Below are positions 14,768-28,459 of a DNA stretch of 64,000 nt, in pieces. The position numbers were made by a program, and so were the translations under genes. The stretch is taken from the NCBI RefSeq assembly GCF_009914755.1, contig NC_060928.1. One strand, given 5' to 3'. Under the pieces are notes generated by a model that was not told where the DNA came from, did not search any database, and saw only the letters and a program-made list of their open reading frames with translations. This DNA comes from the human T2T-CHM13v2.0 reference genome, Homo sapiens. How positions within the stretch are numbered: position 1 is the first letter of the stretch; each line of letters opens with the position of its first letter.

Positions 14768-15930
14768 AATTTGTTTTTAATATTTCAATAGGTTTTTGGG
14801 GAACAGGTACTGTTTGGTTACATGAATAAGTTCTTTAGTGGTGACTTCTGAGGTTTTGGTGCGCTCATCACTGAGCAGTGAAATCTAGAAGAAAATCTAG
14901 GCAATACCATTCAGGACATAGGCATGGGCAAAGATTTTATGGGTATTCATTTTATAAATTTGGGAGCTCCATTGTTAGGTGCATATATATTTAGGATTGT
15001 AATATTTTTCTGTTGAACTAGTTATTTTATCATTATATAGTGTCTCTCTTCACCTTTTTTAACTGCTGTTGCTTAAAAATGTATTTCATTTGATATAAGA
15101 ATAGCTACTCCTGCTCCCTTTTGGTGTCTATTTGCAGGGAATATCTTTTTCTACCCCTTTAAGTTTATGTAAGTCCTTATGTATCAGGTAAGTCTCTTCA
15201 AGACAGCAGACACTTGATTGGTGAATTCTTATCCATTCTGTCATTCTGTATTTTTTAGGTGGAGCTGCAGTATTGTAGGGAAGACACAAGCTTGCCCTAG
15301 TGTCAGGTGGTGGCTAGGGCCATAGAGGTCCCAAGAGATGATGTCCTTTGTCTTTGGCTACCAGGGCCAGTAGAGAAAGACCATCAGGTGGGAGCAGGGT
15401 TAGGTGTGTCTGAGGTCAGACTCTCCTTGGGCAGGACTTGCTGCAGCTGCTGTTGGGGATGGGGGTGGGATTCCCAGGCCAATAGAGTTATGTTCCCAGG
15501 TGGATTATGGCTGCTTCTGCTGTGTCACACAGGTAGCTAAAGAAGTGGGGAAAAGCCAGCAGCCACATGCCTCATCCAGCTCCCATGCAGCCCGTAGCCC
15601 AAAAGACTGGTCTTACTCTCACCATGGCCCCACAACAGCACCAAGTTTACTTCCAGGCAGCCGGTGAGCAGGGCTAAGAGCTTGTGCCAGGGTACAAACC
15701 TCCCAGCTGAGAAAGAAAGCCGACTCACAGTTCCTCAGCTGTCCCACAGAACCTGCAGCAGCAACCCACCTTCTTCAAAAGGGTCTGCAGATTCTCTCAG
15801 CTTTCTTGGTATGTACTTGTGGTAGCTCTTGTAGCAAAAGTTCACGATGTGGGTCTCTACACGCTGCTCTGTCTGTCCGAGTGGGAGCTGTAAGTTAGTC
15901 CTGTCTCCTATCTGCCACTTTTCCCCTTTT
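14768..15930 (-). mobile_element. Internally deleted L1PB retaining both 5' and 3' ends
   Basis: L1PB-type 3' end at 14768-14880, ORF2 start at 14940-15265, L1PB 5' UTR at 15265-15930; TSD ttctctatctgcctt (14753-14767) / ttctctagctgcttt (15931-15945). Confidence 0.82.
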
Positions 15931-18031
15931 TTCTCTAGCTGCTTTTAGATTTTTCCTTTCATGTTGACCTTGGAGATTCTGATGACTGTGTGTTATGGGG
16001 ATGGTCATCTTGCACAGCATCTTGCAGGGGTTCTCTGAATTTCTTGAATTTGCAGGTCAATTTCTCTACTGAGATTGGGAAAAATTTTATGGGTGGACTG
16101 TATCCTTAATTATGTTTTCCAGGTTACTTGCTCTCTCTCCTCTTTCAGGAATGCCCATGAGTTGTAGGCTTGATGTCTTTACATAATACCATATTTCTTG
16201 GAGGTTTTGCTCATTTTTATAATTCTTTTTTCTTCATTTTTGTCTACCCATGGTGCTTTAAAGGCGCATTCTTCCAACTCTGAGATTTTTCCTCAGCTTG
16301 GTCTATTATGTTGCTATGGCTTCCAGTTATATTTTTAAATTTATGTAGCAAATTTTTCACTTCCAGAAATTTAGTGTTTTTTTCCTTAAAATGGTTATGT
16401 CATCTTTGAATGTTTGGATCATCTTACTGTTTTCCTTGGATTGGGTTTCAACCTTCTCTTGTATATCAATGAGTTTCCTCACCATCCAGATTCTGAATTC
16501 TATGTCTAAAATTTTAGTCATTTCAATCTGATTAAGAACAATTGCCAGGAAGCTAATGTGATTGTTTGGAGGTAAGAAGACACTCTGGCTTTTAGAGTTG
16601 CCTGAGTTCTTACACTGGTTCTTTCTCATCTGTGAGTGCTGATGTTCCTTTATCCTTTGAAGTTACTGTCCTTTGGGTGGAGCTTTTGATTTTATGCTCT
16701 TTCTTGTCCTTGAGGGATTGACTGTGGTGCAAGTTGTTTATAGTTGAGTGACTTTGCTTCTGGATGCTTTCAGAGGGTCTAGGCTCAGTTCCATACTCCT
16801 GGGCTGCATTCTCTAACCCTGGGTCTATAGCTTTGTCCTCTGGTCCCTCGAGGTCAAGTCCTACCTGGGCTGGAGTGGCCAAGTTATTCCAGTACTGCTG
16901 GCAACAGCATTCTTGGGGGGATGGTGTGGGAGCCGTGAGCATAAATGCTCTGATGGTGGCAGGGTGGCACCACAGGTGGGAGGTGTTCCTGAGGTGGGTG
17001 CTGTGGATGGGAGGCATTCCAGAAGGGCCACTGCAGGTGCTCCAGTTGGGGCAGCAGGGGTGATGCTGGTGGGAGGCACTTGGGTGGAAGGCCACCTGGG
17101 GTGGAGGTTGTGGTGGGGTGAAGTGCACTGAAGGGGTGGCAGTGGCACTGTGGAAAAATGTGCTTTGAAGTGGTGTTGGTGGAGTTTCAGGCAAACATGT
17201 TTTAGTGGGAGGCTGTTAGCAAAAGTGCTCTGTTGAGGCAGTGAGGCCTGCGGCAGAATCACTGTGGTGGTGTCTGCTGGGAAAAGTGCTCCAGCAGGGT
17301 AGCTGAGGCTGTGCTGCATGCAGTCACGGCTAGGCAGTGACTCTGGGAGTAGCTGGCAGACAGCAGGTTCCACAGGTCACTCTCCATGGTCCTGCAACAA
17401 AGACAGCCCTGCTGTTTCCAGGTCTAGCAACTTACACAGGTCAGAGCCACCCCATTTTTAGGGAGCTTTTCAGGGCCTGGAATGTGTCCACGTACTTGGC
17501 AGCCCTGTGCAGGGTTCCCAGCTTTTGGATCATCTCTCTTCCACTTCATCTCATCTTCTCCTTCAGTTCCAGCATCTGGGTCATCTGTCTACCCTCTCTC
17601 AGTTTATTCTCTCAGATGGTCTACTTGGTGTATGCTGGTTTGCCTGATACTCTGGTCTGTCTCAGTGGGAGACAACTTGTCTTTTTTTGTTGTTGCTGTT
17701 GTTTTTAATTGGAGAATGTTGTGAGAAGCCAAGATCTGGGTATAAGGTGTGCTTGTTGCTATTGGAATGTCATTTACTTTAGGCCCTCTCAGTTGACAGA
17801 AGAAATATATGTCTGTAAATATCTATGTAGCTCTATCCATATGAAATTATATGCATTCATATATATTTATATGAAATTATATATATTCTTGGTAATGTCT
17901 GCAACACTAATTCATTACCACGTGAATTATTCTAGCTCCTCTGCTTGCTATATCTATAAATTCCTACTCCATCAGTGAGTAATCAGCCTCCTGCCTTTCA
18001 TCCATTTAATTACTTATTCAGTTCCAGAATA

Positions 18032-20655
18032 CAGGCATATTTTAGAAATATTGCAGTTTTTTTCCAGACCACTGCAGTAAAGTGAATATTGTAATAAAGT
18101 GAGTCACATGAATTTTTTTATTTTTCAGTGCATATCAAGGTTATGTTTACATTACACTACATTCTATTAAGTGTGCAATAGCATTATGTCCATAAAAACA
18201 ATCTACATATCTTAATTAAAATCATTTATTGCTAAAAAATGCTAGTGGTCATCTGAGCCTTTGGTGAATTGTAATATTTTTGCTGATGGAGGATTTTGCC
18301 TCAATTTTGATAATTGTAGACTGATGACGGTAGTTGTTACTGAAGGCTGGAGTGGCTGTGGCAATTTCTTAAAGTAAGACTACAGTGGACTAGCACACAG
18401 CTTGTGGCTGCAATCCCAACTACTCTGGAGTCTGAGGCAGGATCTCTTAAGGGCAGGAGTTTGAGACCAATCTGGACAACATAGTGATACCCTGTCTCTC
18501 AAAAATAAATATAAAAAATTAGCTGCACATGGTGGCACACACCTGTAGTCCCAGCTACTCAGGACAGAATGAAATGCTGTTTCTTAAAAAGAAAAAAAGA
18601 CTAAAATAACATTTGCCACATTGATTGACTCTTCCTTTTATAAAAATTTCTCTGTAGCATGTGATACTGTTTGATAGCACTTTAACTATAGTAGAACTTC
18701 TTTTAAAATTGTAGCCAATTCTCTGACACCCTGCTGCTGCTGCTTTATCAACTAAGTTTGTGAAATAGTCTAAATTATTTGTTGTCATTTCAGCAGTGTT
18801 TGCCAGGCATCTTTACTAGGAGTAGATTCCATCTCAAGAAAACACTTTTTTTGCTCATCCATAAGAAGCAACTCGTCTTCCATTAAAGTTTTATCATGAG
18901 ATCTCAGCAATGCAATCATATCTTCTGGCTCTACTTTTAATTCTAGTTCTCTTGTTATTTCTACCACGTACACAGTTCCTTCCTCCACTGAAGTTGTGAA
19001 CCCCTCAAAGCCATCTGTGAGAGCTGGAATCACCTTCTTCCAAACTCCTGTTAATGCTGATATTTTGACCTTCTTCCATAAATCACAAATGTCCTTAATA
19101 TCATCTAAAAATGGCGAATCCTTTCCAGAAGGTTTTCAATTTACTTTTCCCAGATCCACTAAAATAGTCACTATCTTTTGGCAGCTAAAGCCTTCCAAAA
19201 TTTATTTCTTAAATAATAAGATTTTAAAGTCAACATTATTCCTTGACCAATGGGGTGAAGAATGAGTGTTGTGTTAGCAGACATGAAAACAACATTCATC
19301 TTCTTGTACATCTCCATTAGCACTCTTGAGTGACCAGGTGCAGTGTTACGTGCAGTAATATTTTAAAAGAAATCTTTTTTTTTCCTGAGGAGTAGGTCTC
19401 AACAATAGGCTTAAAATATTTAGTAAACCATGCTGTAAACAGATGTACTCTAATCCAGACTTTGTTGTTTCATTTATAGACAACAGGTAAAGTAGATTTA
19501 GCATAATTCTTAAGGGCTCAGGATTTTTGGAATGGTAAATGAGCACTGGTTTCAACTTAAAGTTACCAGCTGCATTAGCCCCTAACAAGGGAGTTGTCCT
19601 GTACCTTGAAGCTTTGAAGGCAGGTGTTGATTTCTCCTCTCTAGCTATAAAAGTCCTAGATGGCATCTTCTTTCAATAGAAGGCTGTTTTGTCTACATTA
19701 AAAATCTGTTTTCTAATGCAGCCACCTTCACCAATTATCTTAGCTAGACTTTCTGGATAACTTGCTGCAAGCTCTATATCAGCACTTGCTGCTTAACCTT
19801 GAACTTTTCTACTGCGGAGATGATGTATTTTCTTGAACTTCGTAAAGCAACCTCTGCTAGCTTCAAACTTTTCTTCTGCAACTTCCTCACCTCTCTCAGC
19901 CTTCATAGAATTGAAGAGATTTAGGGCCTTGCTTTGAATTAGTCTTTTACTTAAGGAAAAGTTGTACCTGGTTGAATCTTCTAGACAGAGCACTTAAACT
20001 TTCTCCATATCAACAACAGAGCTGTTTTGCTTTCTTATCATTTCTGTGTTCACTGGAATAGCACTTTTAATTTTCTTCAAGAACTTTTCCTTTGCATTCC
20101 CAACGTAGCTAACTATTGGCACAAGAGGCCTAGCTTTCAGCCTATCTCAGGTTTCAACATACCTTCCTCACTAAGCTTAGTAATTTCTAGCTTTTGATTT
20201 AAAGTGAGAAGTGTGGGACTCTTCCTTTTACTTGAACAATTAAAGATCATTGTAGGGTTATTAATTAGCCAAATTTAAATAATGTTGTGTCTCAGGGAAT
20301 AGAAATGCCAAGGCAAGAGAGAAAAAGATTAGATAATGGCTGGTCAGTAAGCAGTCAGAACACAAACATTTATAAATTGTTTGCCATCTTACATGGGTGC
20401 AGTTCATGGCCTCTCAAAACAATTTTGATAGTAACATCAAAGATCACTGATCACAGATAACTAAAAAAATGAAAAAGTTTGAAATATTGCAAGGATTACC
20501 AAAATGTGACACAGACACAAAGTGTGCATATGCTGTTGGAAAAATGGTGCTGATAGACTTGCTTGATGCGGGATTACCAAAAACGTTCAGTTTGTAAAAA
20601 CTGTAATATCTGTGAAGCACGATAAAGTGAAGTGCAATAAAATGGGGCATGTCCA
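18032..20655 (-). mobile_element. Essentially full-length Tigger1 DNA transposon (pogo family) with decayed transposase
   Basis: TIR-like ends CAGGCATA.. and ..GGGCATGTCCA flanked by TA. ORF fragments [38 protein letters not shown] (DDE domain) and [29 protein letters not shown] (CENP-B-type HTH). About 2.4 kb after removing the Alu. Confidence 0.95.
18388..18600 (+). mobile_element. Degenerate AluJ with deleted right arm, inside Tigger1
   Basis: Left arm, linker, start of right arm, then A-rich tail; flanking aagacta repeats. Confidence 0.8.
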
Positions 20656-21413
20656 TACTTGTGTAGCAGTATCAGCATCATTAATTCTTACACCTGTGAG
20701 AAACAATTTTATCAACCAAAGTACATTGCTTGTGTGCAATTTCTGTTGCATTCCGCCTTATAAATACTCTTTTCCAGAGTTACTTAGGTCAGTACTTCTT
20801 CTCCCACCTTCTTGAATGAGGTTGTTTTATATACTTCTGTTACAGTTATACCCTCTTGTCACAGTCTTCATTCCTTCCCGAGGTTCCCTAATCTAAGTGA
20901 TTGTTTTAAAAAACTTGGCTATATTAAGGTTCACCCTTTGTGCTGTCGAGTTTTATGGATTTTGACAAATGCATAGTTCACGTGTTTATTCATCATTACA
21001 GTATCATACAGAATAGTTTCACTGCCCTAATATAGCTCCTGCATTTTATCTCTTTAACGCCCCTCCCCCGACAAATTCTTGGAAACTGCTGTTTATAGTT
21101 TTACCTTTTCCACAATGTTGTATAATTGGAATCACATAGCTTTTTCAGACCAATTTCTTTCAGTTAAAAATATGCATTTAAAATGTATCTGTATATTTTT
21201 GTGACTTGATAGCTCATTTGTTTTTAATCACTAAATAATATTATATTGTAAGGATATACCACAGTTTGTTTATTCATTCACCTATTGACAGATATCTTGG
21301 TTGTTTCCAGCTTTTGGGAATTAAGTTTAAAGCTATAATTCCTGTGCAGGTTTTTATGTGGGCATAAATTTTCAAATTAAATAGGTAAATATCTAGGAGT
21401 GATTGCTGGATAA

Positions 21414-21656
<243 letters not shown>

Positions 21657-21734
21657 CCTACTTTGTGTTGTTAAAAGTACAATGTTTTTAAACAATTTTC
21701 CCAAATTACTCTTGTGACAGAATAAATTATAGAA

Positions 21735-21945
21735 TTATTGTTTAATGGTTAACTGCACAGGCTCTGGAAGTGGAAGGCTTGGGTTCAAGTCTAGATTCTA
21801 TAATTTACTAAGTACATGATTTTTAAGCCTGTCAGGTAATCTCTCTATACTTCAGTTTCCTCCCTTATAAACTGTGAATTATAGTATCTCTTAGTTACTG
21901 TGAGGATTAAATTAGATAATGTGTTTGGCACAGAGTAAGAAGTTA
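21735..21945 (+). mobile_element. MIR SINE
   Basis: TGGGTTCAAGTC..CTTCAGTTTCCTC..GTGAGGATTAAATTAGATAATG. Confidence 0.8.
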
Positions 21946-24559
21946 ATTGTTGTCTTTTTTTTCTTTCAATACTCTAGATTCATTTGAAAGGAACTCTCTA
22001 TTCTTTCTCTTTCCTCTGTCACCTACGATAGCAACCAGGTCTTTACTTCTAAAGTCCAGCTTCTTAGCAAGGGTAGGGAAACTGTGATGGCAGAAAGGGC
22101 TTAATACTTCTTTATGTCCCAGTGCCATTAAATGAATTAAAAGTGGATTATCCAAGAAAGGAATCTACCCAAGAGGTTGATGAGAGGGTGGCTTAAACCT
22201 AGAGGATGTTATTCTGTGTGGCAGGCTTATTACTTACTGACCTATACAAGGTTTCTGTGTAAATTAGAAAAAGGTTCACTCTGGGCAGATGCAGCCCAGG
22301 ACAAAGGCACAACCTTAGCCAGTAGAGCATAGCTAGATTCCAGTCCTCCACTGGCCACTTATGCTAGGTTCTATTGTTCAGTGTCCACACTACACAACTA
22401 TAAATGTCATCTCTGCCTGGTAGATGGAAGGGAGGATTGTGGGTTCCATATGGGACAAGCACATGGATCAAGTCCATTGGAACACAGCATCTCAGAAATG
22501 CTAGAACATCTATCCCATGGAATTATTGTGGGAAAACAGGAAATGATGTCTCTAAGTACTGGGCTTTGAGAAAAAAAAAAATGATGCCACCAGCAAAGCC
22601 ATCTGCCATGGCTGACATAAGGATCATGTTGTCCTAGCAAGAAAGCTAAGCAAGTGAGAACACTGCAGACAGAATAAAAAATTGGGTGGATGGTGAAAAA
22701 CCAGTCTGAACAAGGCACAGAGTCACCATATGAAGAAAAGGTAAAGTTGAGACTGAGAGTCTTCTCTTGTGATACACCTAAGTTTTTAAGACTCTCTCAT
22801 ATGATGTTAGAAAAATGAAAGGTGCCCCCAAAGAATGCTGATTGGAATTCCTGTAAACTTTAGATGAGGAAAATGTATGATGGAAAACGAAGATAAATAG
22901 GAAGTTTCTTTCACCCAAGTATTACACCTTAGTATAAGGAAAATATGGACATACATATTTTAAGCAGTCTGTATGAATCCAATGTGCAGTATTTGCCTGC
23001 ACAGACAAGTTGAGTTCCCCTAAAACTCTATTTCGGCTTTCTCCAAAGTATTGTCATTTCTAAGTTACTGGAATCCTTCCTTAAGCTTCTTGCTCAGTGG
23101 GAAGTGTAATGCAAATATTTTCAGATGAGTCACCTCCCTTTATAAATGGTTCCTTAATATTTTGACTCTCTAGTTGGGAGCCTGTCAAAGCAAGGGTGTC
23201 TCATAGATTGTCAGGGGATAGAGGGGATAGACATAGGATATCTTACTTTTCTATAAAATGGTCAGACACCCAACTCTAGCTGAAAGTGTCAGGAATTTTA
23301 TTATTCCCATAATCTATTTTTAATTCTATTATATAAATATATTTTAAATGGAGAAAGTTTTATTTCATTTTAAGCAAAGATACTTTTTCCCCAATATTAA
23401 AGAAATGTCATTTTGGGGCATTTGTTTCTTATTGCGTTGCCAAGCCAAACATCTATTGTTACATTCATAGCTTACTGCTTTTTTTTTTTTTTTTTTTTTG
23501 ACAGTGGGAGTGCAAGAATCCAACTTGTTATTGGTGCCACAAAGATTTTTGCATAAATCTTTAAATATACTCCTAGGGAAGACACATGGCTAGACCATCC
23601 AGGAGCCCCAGTAGCCCATAGGCAGCTCTGCAGCAGAAGCACATACGCTCATGAAAGCCTGTGCAACAGTGTAGGTCTCTTGTATTTCAGTCTACACATA
23701 CTATTTAATGACACATGAGCATAGTAAATTCATCAATAAATCAGTTTGGTTGCTGTAAATTCTCTCATCACTATGAAAAATCTTGTTTTTGTAAGAAGAT
23801 TTTGACATTAGCTTTGATTTCTGACCACAACACACAGATTCAGTCTTGTGAATGAAAATGCTACCTCAGACACCCCAGCCTTTATATCTGCATGATGCTC
23901 TGAATGTACCTTGTTATTTATGTACCATCCAATGCAGCATATGGTATGTGTAGAAATGTTCACATGTGCTGTACTTGAAATGTAAGGAGTTAATATTCAC
24001 TGACTAGATACTCACTCCCAAATAGTACTGTTTGGGGGAATTACAGAGAAAACCCTTTATACACAATTTCAAAACTTCGTCATTCAGCATTAACCAAATT
24101 ATAGTAGAAATTGATTATATTTGTTTGAAAACCCATCTGTTCTTACCAGATAACACTGTATTTTACTGGATGTGGTTAGAAACAGACTGAGGAGAATGTT
24201 TGAAAGTTCACTTACTATCTTTAATCTGCTTGCCACTTTGTTTTTATTCACACATGTGAAACTGAGTTACCCATGCGAAACAGGTCTTTTCTCCCAATAC
24301 AAATAATTCATGCAAATAGATGCCTGTGAACCTCTAGAATAAGTGAAAAATCAGCTAGGCTAAGAAGATGCAAAAGAGTGTATATCCAGCTAAAATAATG
24401 TTTATGAAAGCACAGAGGTAAGAGAGAAAAACACACATATTTAAGAAGCACAAATTCTACATTTCTTCAAAGGCCCAGTTACAAATATTTTATAAAGGAA
24501 ATCAGGAGTCAATTCAATACTAATTCAGGTAAAGAGTCCTGAATTTTCAGTTCTAATAC

Positions 24560-25860
24560 CACCTATGACTCATTTAGGCAGTAATTATTAAATGAATATA
24601 TACTATATGTTTCAGACACTATGCCAAATTCTAGCAATCCCACAGTGAACCAGGCACAGTCTCTCCTCTCAGGAAATCACAATCTAATTAAGGAAGTAGG
24701 GATATAGAAATAATCCTACAAAACTCTCTAGGCCTCACCATCTGTTAGATGTAGATAAATTTATATTAACCTTAATGTCTGAATTTGTTGCCTCAGACCT
24801 TCTTAAGTTATGAACATCAGTTTTCCTTCTAAGTTTCCTGAGTTACTCAGGAATTCCCAAGGATACCTCATACGTGTTCATAGAATCCTTCAATTTTCTT
24901 TTTTGGGCTCCCACAAAGGCACTTCTGACTGCTAGTGGTACCTCTGCATGTATGTTGCCCCTCCCACTCTTCAATGTCCTGTATTCCAAACCTTGCAAAT
25001 TCCTCGGGGCACCACGTTGCCATTGGGTTGGTGTAACATGCTGTTTTCAGCAGAATGTGAAAATGCCCTGAGCCTTACCTCTAAGTTTTGCTTTGTCACC
25101 TGAACTACCAAGCCTCGCTACTTATGCCCCAGGTCTCACAAAGTTCTGTCCAATCCAGCCTTTGGGGTTAAAGCTGGAGAAGAGATGCACATTCTCTTCT
25201 CCATTTCCCTCTCTTATTTTTTGGCTCTGATAAAACATTTCTTCTCACAGGTCTCTGTCCCTCAATACAAGTAATTAACCCAAATAGATGTCTGCAAACC
25301 TCTGCTAACTTTTTAGCAGACACAGGAACTTCTCAATTTTATTGTAATTACTACAGACTATGGTAAAAGTAACGGCAAAGTTTACTTACTAGGGTCTGGG
25401 GGGCATACATGGAAAAAGCACTTAATTCAAGCTCAGGGAAGTGAGCATGGGGAGCTGGAAGGATTCCTGAAAGACAATACAACAAAACTGAGAACCTAAG
25501 AAAAAGTGGCAATTAGCTAGGCTACATGGACCCTTAAGAGTGTATATGTACTTAAAACAGTCTTTATGACAGCTCAGAGGTAAGAAAAAAGAACACATTT
25601 ATTCATGGAGTTCACATTCTACCCTTCTTCAAAGGCCCAGCCCAAACATCTTTTATAAAGCCTTCTCTTCTCTTTTCCCATTAATCTATTTATACCCCTC
25701 TTTTGCATTTGTCACATTAACCTTCTATTATAATTATTTGTGAGCATATCCATCTCCCCTTACTAGAAGAGAAGCTCATTGTGGGTTCTGCCAAATTATT
25801 TTTCATATCCTGCACATTAATAACCACAATGGATTGCATAGAACAGGTGCTTAATTAAAA
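24560..25860. mobile_element. Scattered L2 fragments in both orientations
   Basis: L2-like antisense pieces at ~24580-24700 and 25350-25600; sense 3' piece at ~25615-25860 (TTCTACCCTTCTTCAAAGGCCCAG..ATAGAACAGGTGCTTAAT). Confidence 0.5.
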
Positions 25861-26149
25861 GCAATATGCCTAAAGAGGCCGAAAGTGCTTGGAATAAGCA
25901 GACTCATGTTTCATAAACGAATAACAGAATGGCATCAATGATTCAAGCAAGTAGATGTGATAGTAACCTCACTGATTCTAGATAAAAAGGAAAGGCTGGA
26001 CAAGATCTTTCTTACCTGTTGGAATAATTTCTTAACTTTGTTGGTATCACCAGAGCACTTGTGAAATAGTGATCAAGAGAATAATTATTCAGTTCCTTGT
26101 ATTCCACTTTTAAATTTACCAATATTTATTAAGAACCAATTGTGCTAGA

Positions 26150-27720
26150 TGCTTTTTTATTTAAAATATTAATGAACTAAATGATTCATACAAAATACTA
26201 TTACATACATTTGACACTTAAAGGCTGATAAAACAATTATGTGCCTGCCAAATAGCTGAAGAAATAGACAACTAAATATTACAATGAAACATTTCTTATC
26301 CTAACAAAATGGCAAACCAGTATAGGCAGCTGGATTCCTCCCTCAGCTCTGGGGAAGTTTTAGAACTCAAAATAAAATTACAGACAAAATTAACATAATA
26401 GACAAGAGGAGTACGTAGGAATATGCCAGAATGCTGTAGTACTTGTTTCATTAGGCAAAGCAATTTAAATGGGTCTTAAGTCTATTACAAGAGCAAATGG
26501 AGAAAATATTATATAAACAGAATAAGAACACTAAATTTATGCAATAGAAAGCATAAATGAAGAAAAGAAATGCAAGGAAAGTATAAAAAATGAAAAAATA
26601 TTTTTAAAATGATAGCAGTATTAGGTCCTAAAATAATAGAAGCTGCAATAAATATAAATGGGTTAATCTAGTCAATTAAAGTCAGAGACTCTAAGATTTT
26701 AATTAAAATATCTAACATATTCTTTGCAAGAGAAAATATGAGGATATAAAAAGAAGAAAGCACATATTAACAACAACCTTGAAGTCCACACTGTGATGCC
26801 ATTAGTTACATCTCCTTCCTCCAGAGGTAATAATTACTCCAAAGTTTGTGTCTATTATTTCAGAATTAGTTTACTATTACTGTGTAACAAATTATCACAA
26901 GCTTAGTGGCTTAAAACAACATACACATACTATCTCACAGTTTATGTGTGTCAGGTATTTGGTCATGGCTTAGCTGAGTCCTCTGTTCACAGTTTGACAA
27001 GGCTGCAATTAAGATTAAGATTGGCTGAGCTGTGTTCTCATCAAAGGCATAACCAGGGAAAGATCTAATTCCACATACCGTAGGTTGTTAGCAGAATTCC
27101 TCTTCATGTGGTTATAGGATTTAGATTTATGTTTTCTTACTGGTCATTGGTTTGGGGACACTTCCAACTCTTGAGAGTCCTTTGCCACATAGGTTTTGCC
27201 GTAGACTTACAGCATCACAATGTGTCAACTTACTTCAGGGTCAGTATTTACTGAGAATGTTTCACTTCTGTCTGTGAAAATAGAAGAATGACATTCCACC
27301 GCCTTTGCAATAATCTATTGGTTAGAAGCCCATACTGCAAGGGAGGGGACTATACAATGGTGTGACTCCTTGAGGGTCATCCTAGGATATGTCCACAATT
27401 TACATTGATTTACTTTTTCACTGTATATGTATATCCTAAAGTAGATATTGTTTAGTTTATATATGATTTTCAGTTTTATGTAAGTGGAATCATCCTGTAT
27501 ATATTATTCTTCAATTTCTTTTCCACTCATAGTTATTTTTGCTTTATATTCATATGTTCCACTGTAGTTGTAATTTTCATGACCATATAGCAGTCTATTT
27601 TAAGACTGTCACAAAATTGATTTTTCATTGTATTATTTCAGTTTTTGCTATTATAACCAATATTTCTATGGGCATTGTTGTTCATGTTCTCACTGTAAAT
27701 GTGTAGGAATTTCTCAAGAA
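26150..27720. mobile_element. Ancient L1M/L1ME fragments (antisense 3' UTR pieces around a sense EN-start piece at ~26500-26760)
   Basis: AATATAAATGGGTTAAT..ATTAAAGTCAGAGACT (EN start); CCAGAGGTAATAATTACTCC..AAGTGGAATCAT (L1ME 3' UTR). Confidence 0.55.
26862..27398 (-). mobile_element. MLT1 (MaLR) LTR
   Basis: TGTGTAACAAATTATCACAAGCTTAGTGGCTTAAAACAACA..CTCACAGTT..GGCTTAGCTGAGTCCTCTG is characteristic of antisense MLT1. Confidence 0.85.
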
Positions 27721-27724
27721 TTAT

Positions 27725-28305
27725 AATCCTTTCTTTACACAGTAGCCAGAGGAAGTAGTCTTTTTACAACATAAATTAAAACCCTCCAGTGACATTTTGC
27801 TATACTTCGAATAAAATCCAAACTCCTTAAACTATAGTTTACAAAGCTTTACTTGCTCTGGCCTCTGACCATATCTGTTACCTTATCTTAAACTGATATT
27901 ACCCTTTCCCACTACAGTCCACAATGGCCTTTTTTCTTTTTCTCAATATTCAGTTTTTTTATTCATTCCTGCCCTAAAGTCTTTTTACCCTGTTACTAGA
28001 ATACTCTTCCTTGGGCTCTGAATGTAGACTCCATTTGATGTTGCATGACTAAGCTGACATATCTCCAGAGTGGCTTTCTGTAGCTACCAAATTCAAAGTA
28101 GACTTCTACTCACTGTCAGTCCCATAACTCTATTTTAATTATTTTCACAGAATCTATCCTTTTGATATATTTTTTAATTTATTATCTTCCTGTCAATGTG
28201 TTTAACTCTCTATTTTAAATGTAACTTCCCTGAGAACAAGTATCTTTTCCTACTACTTATCTGTATATGTATAATATCTAGCAAAGTGTCTGGTACATAA
28301 GTAAA
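27725..28305 (+). mobile_element. L2 3' region
   Basis: CACAGTAGCCAGAG..AATAAAATCCAAACTCCTT..CTAGCAAAGTGTCTGGTACATA. Confidence 0.75.
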
Positions 28306-28459
28306 ATAATAACTACACTATCAGATTTGGCAGAAGCAAAGATATAAGGTAAAATGGAGTATGAAACAACTTTTCTATAGACAGCAGGTGGGCTTAAGTG
28401 ACATGCCTTCCATTGTCTTATTAACACTTGTTAAGAAATATTGCCAGAAACAAAAAATA

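Noticed and set aside
16610-17373. Overlapping Pro/Gly-rich ORFs of 99-194 aa
   Set aside because: They arise from the GC-skewed L1 5' UTR, where stops are scarce; there is no recognisable protein family.
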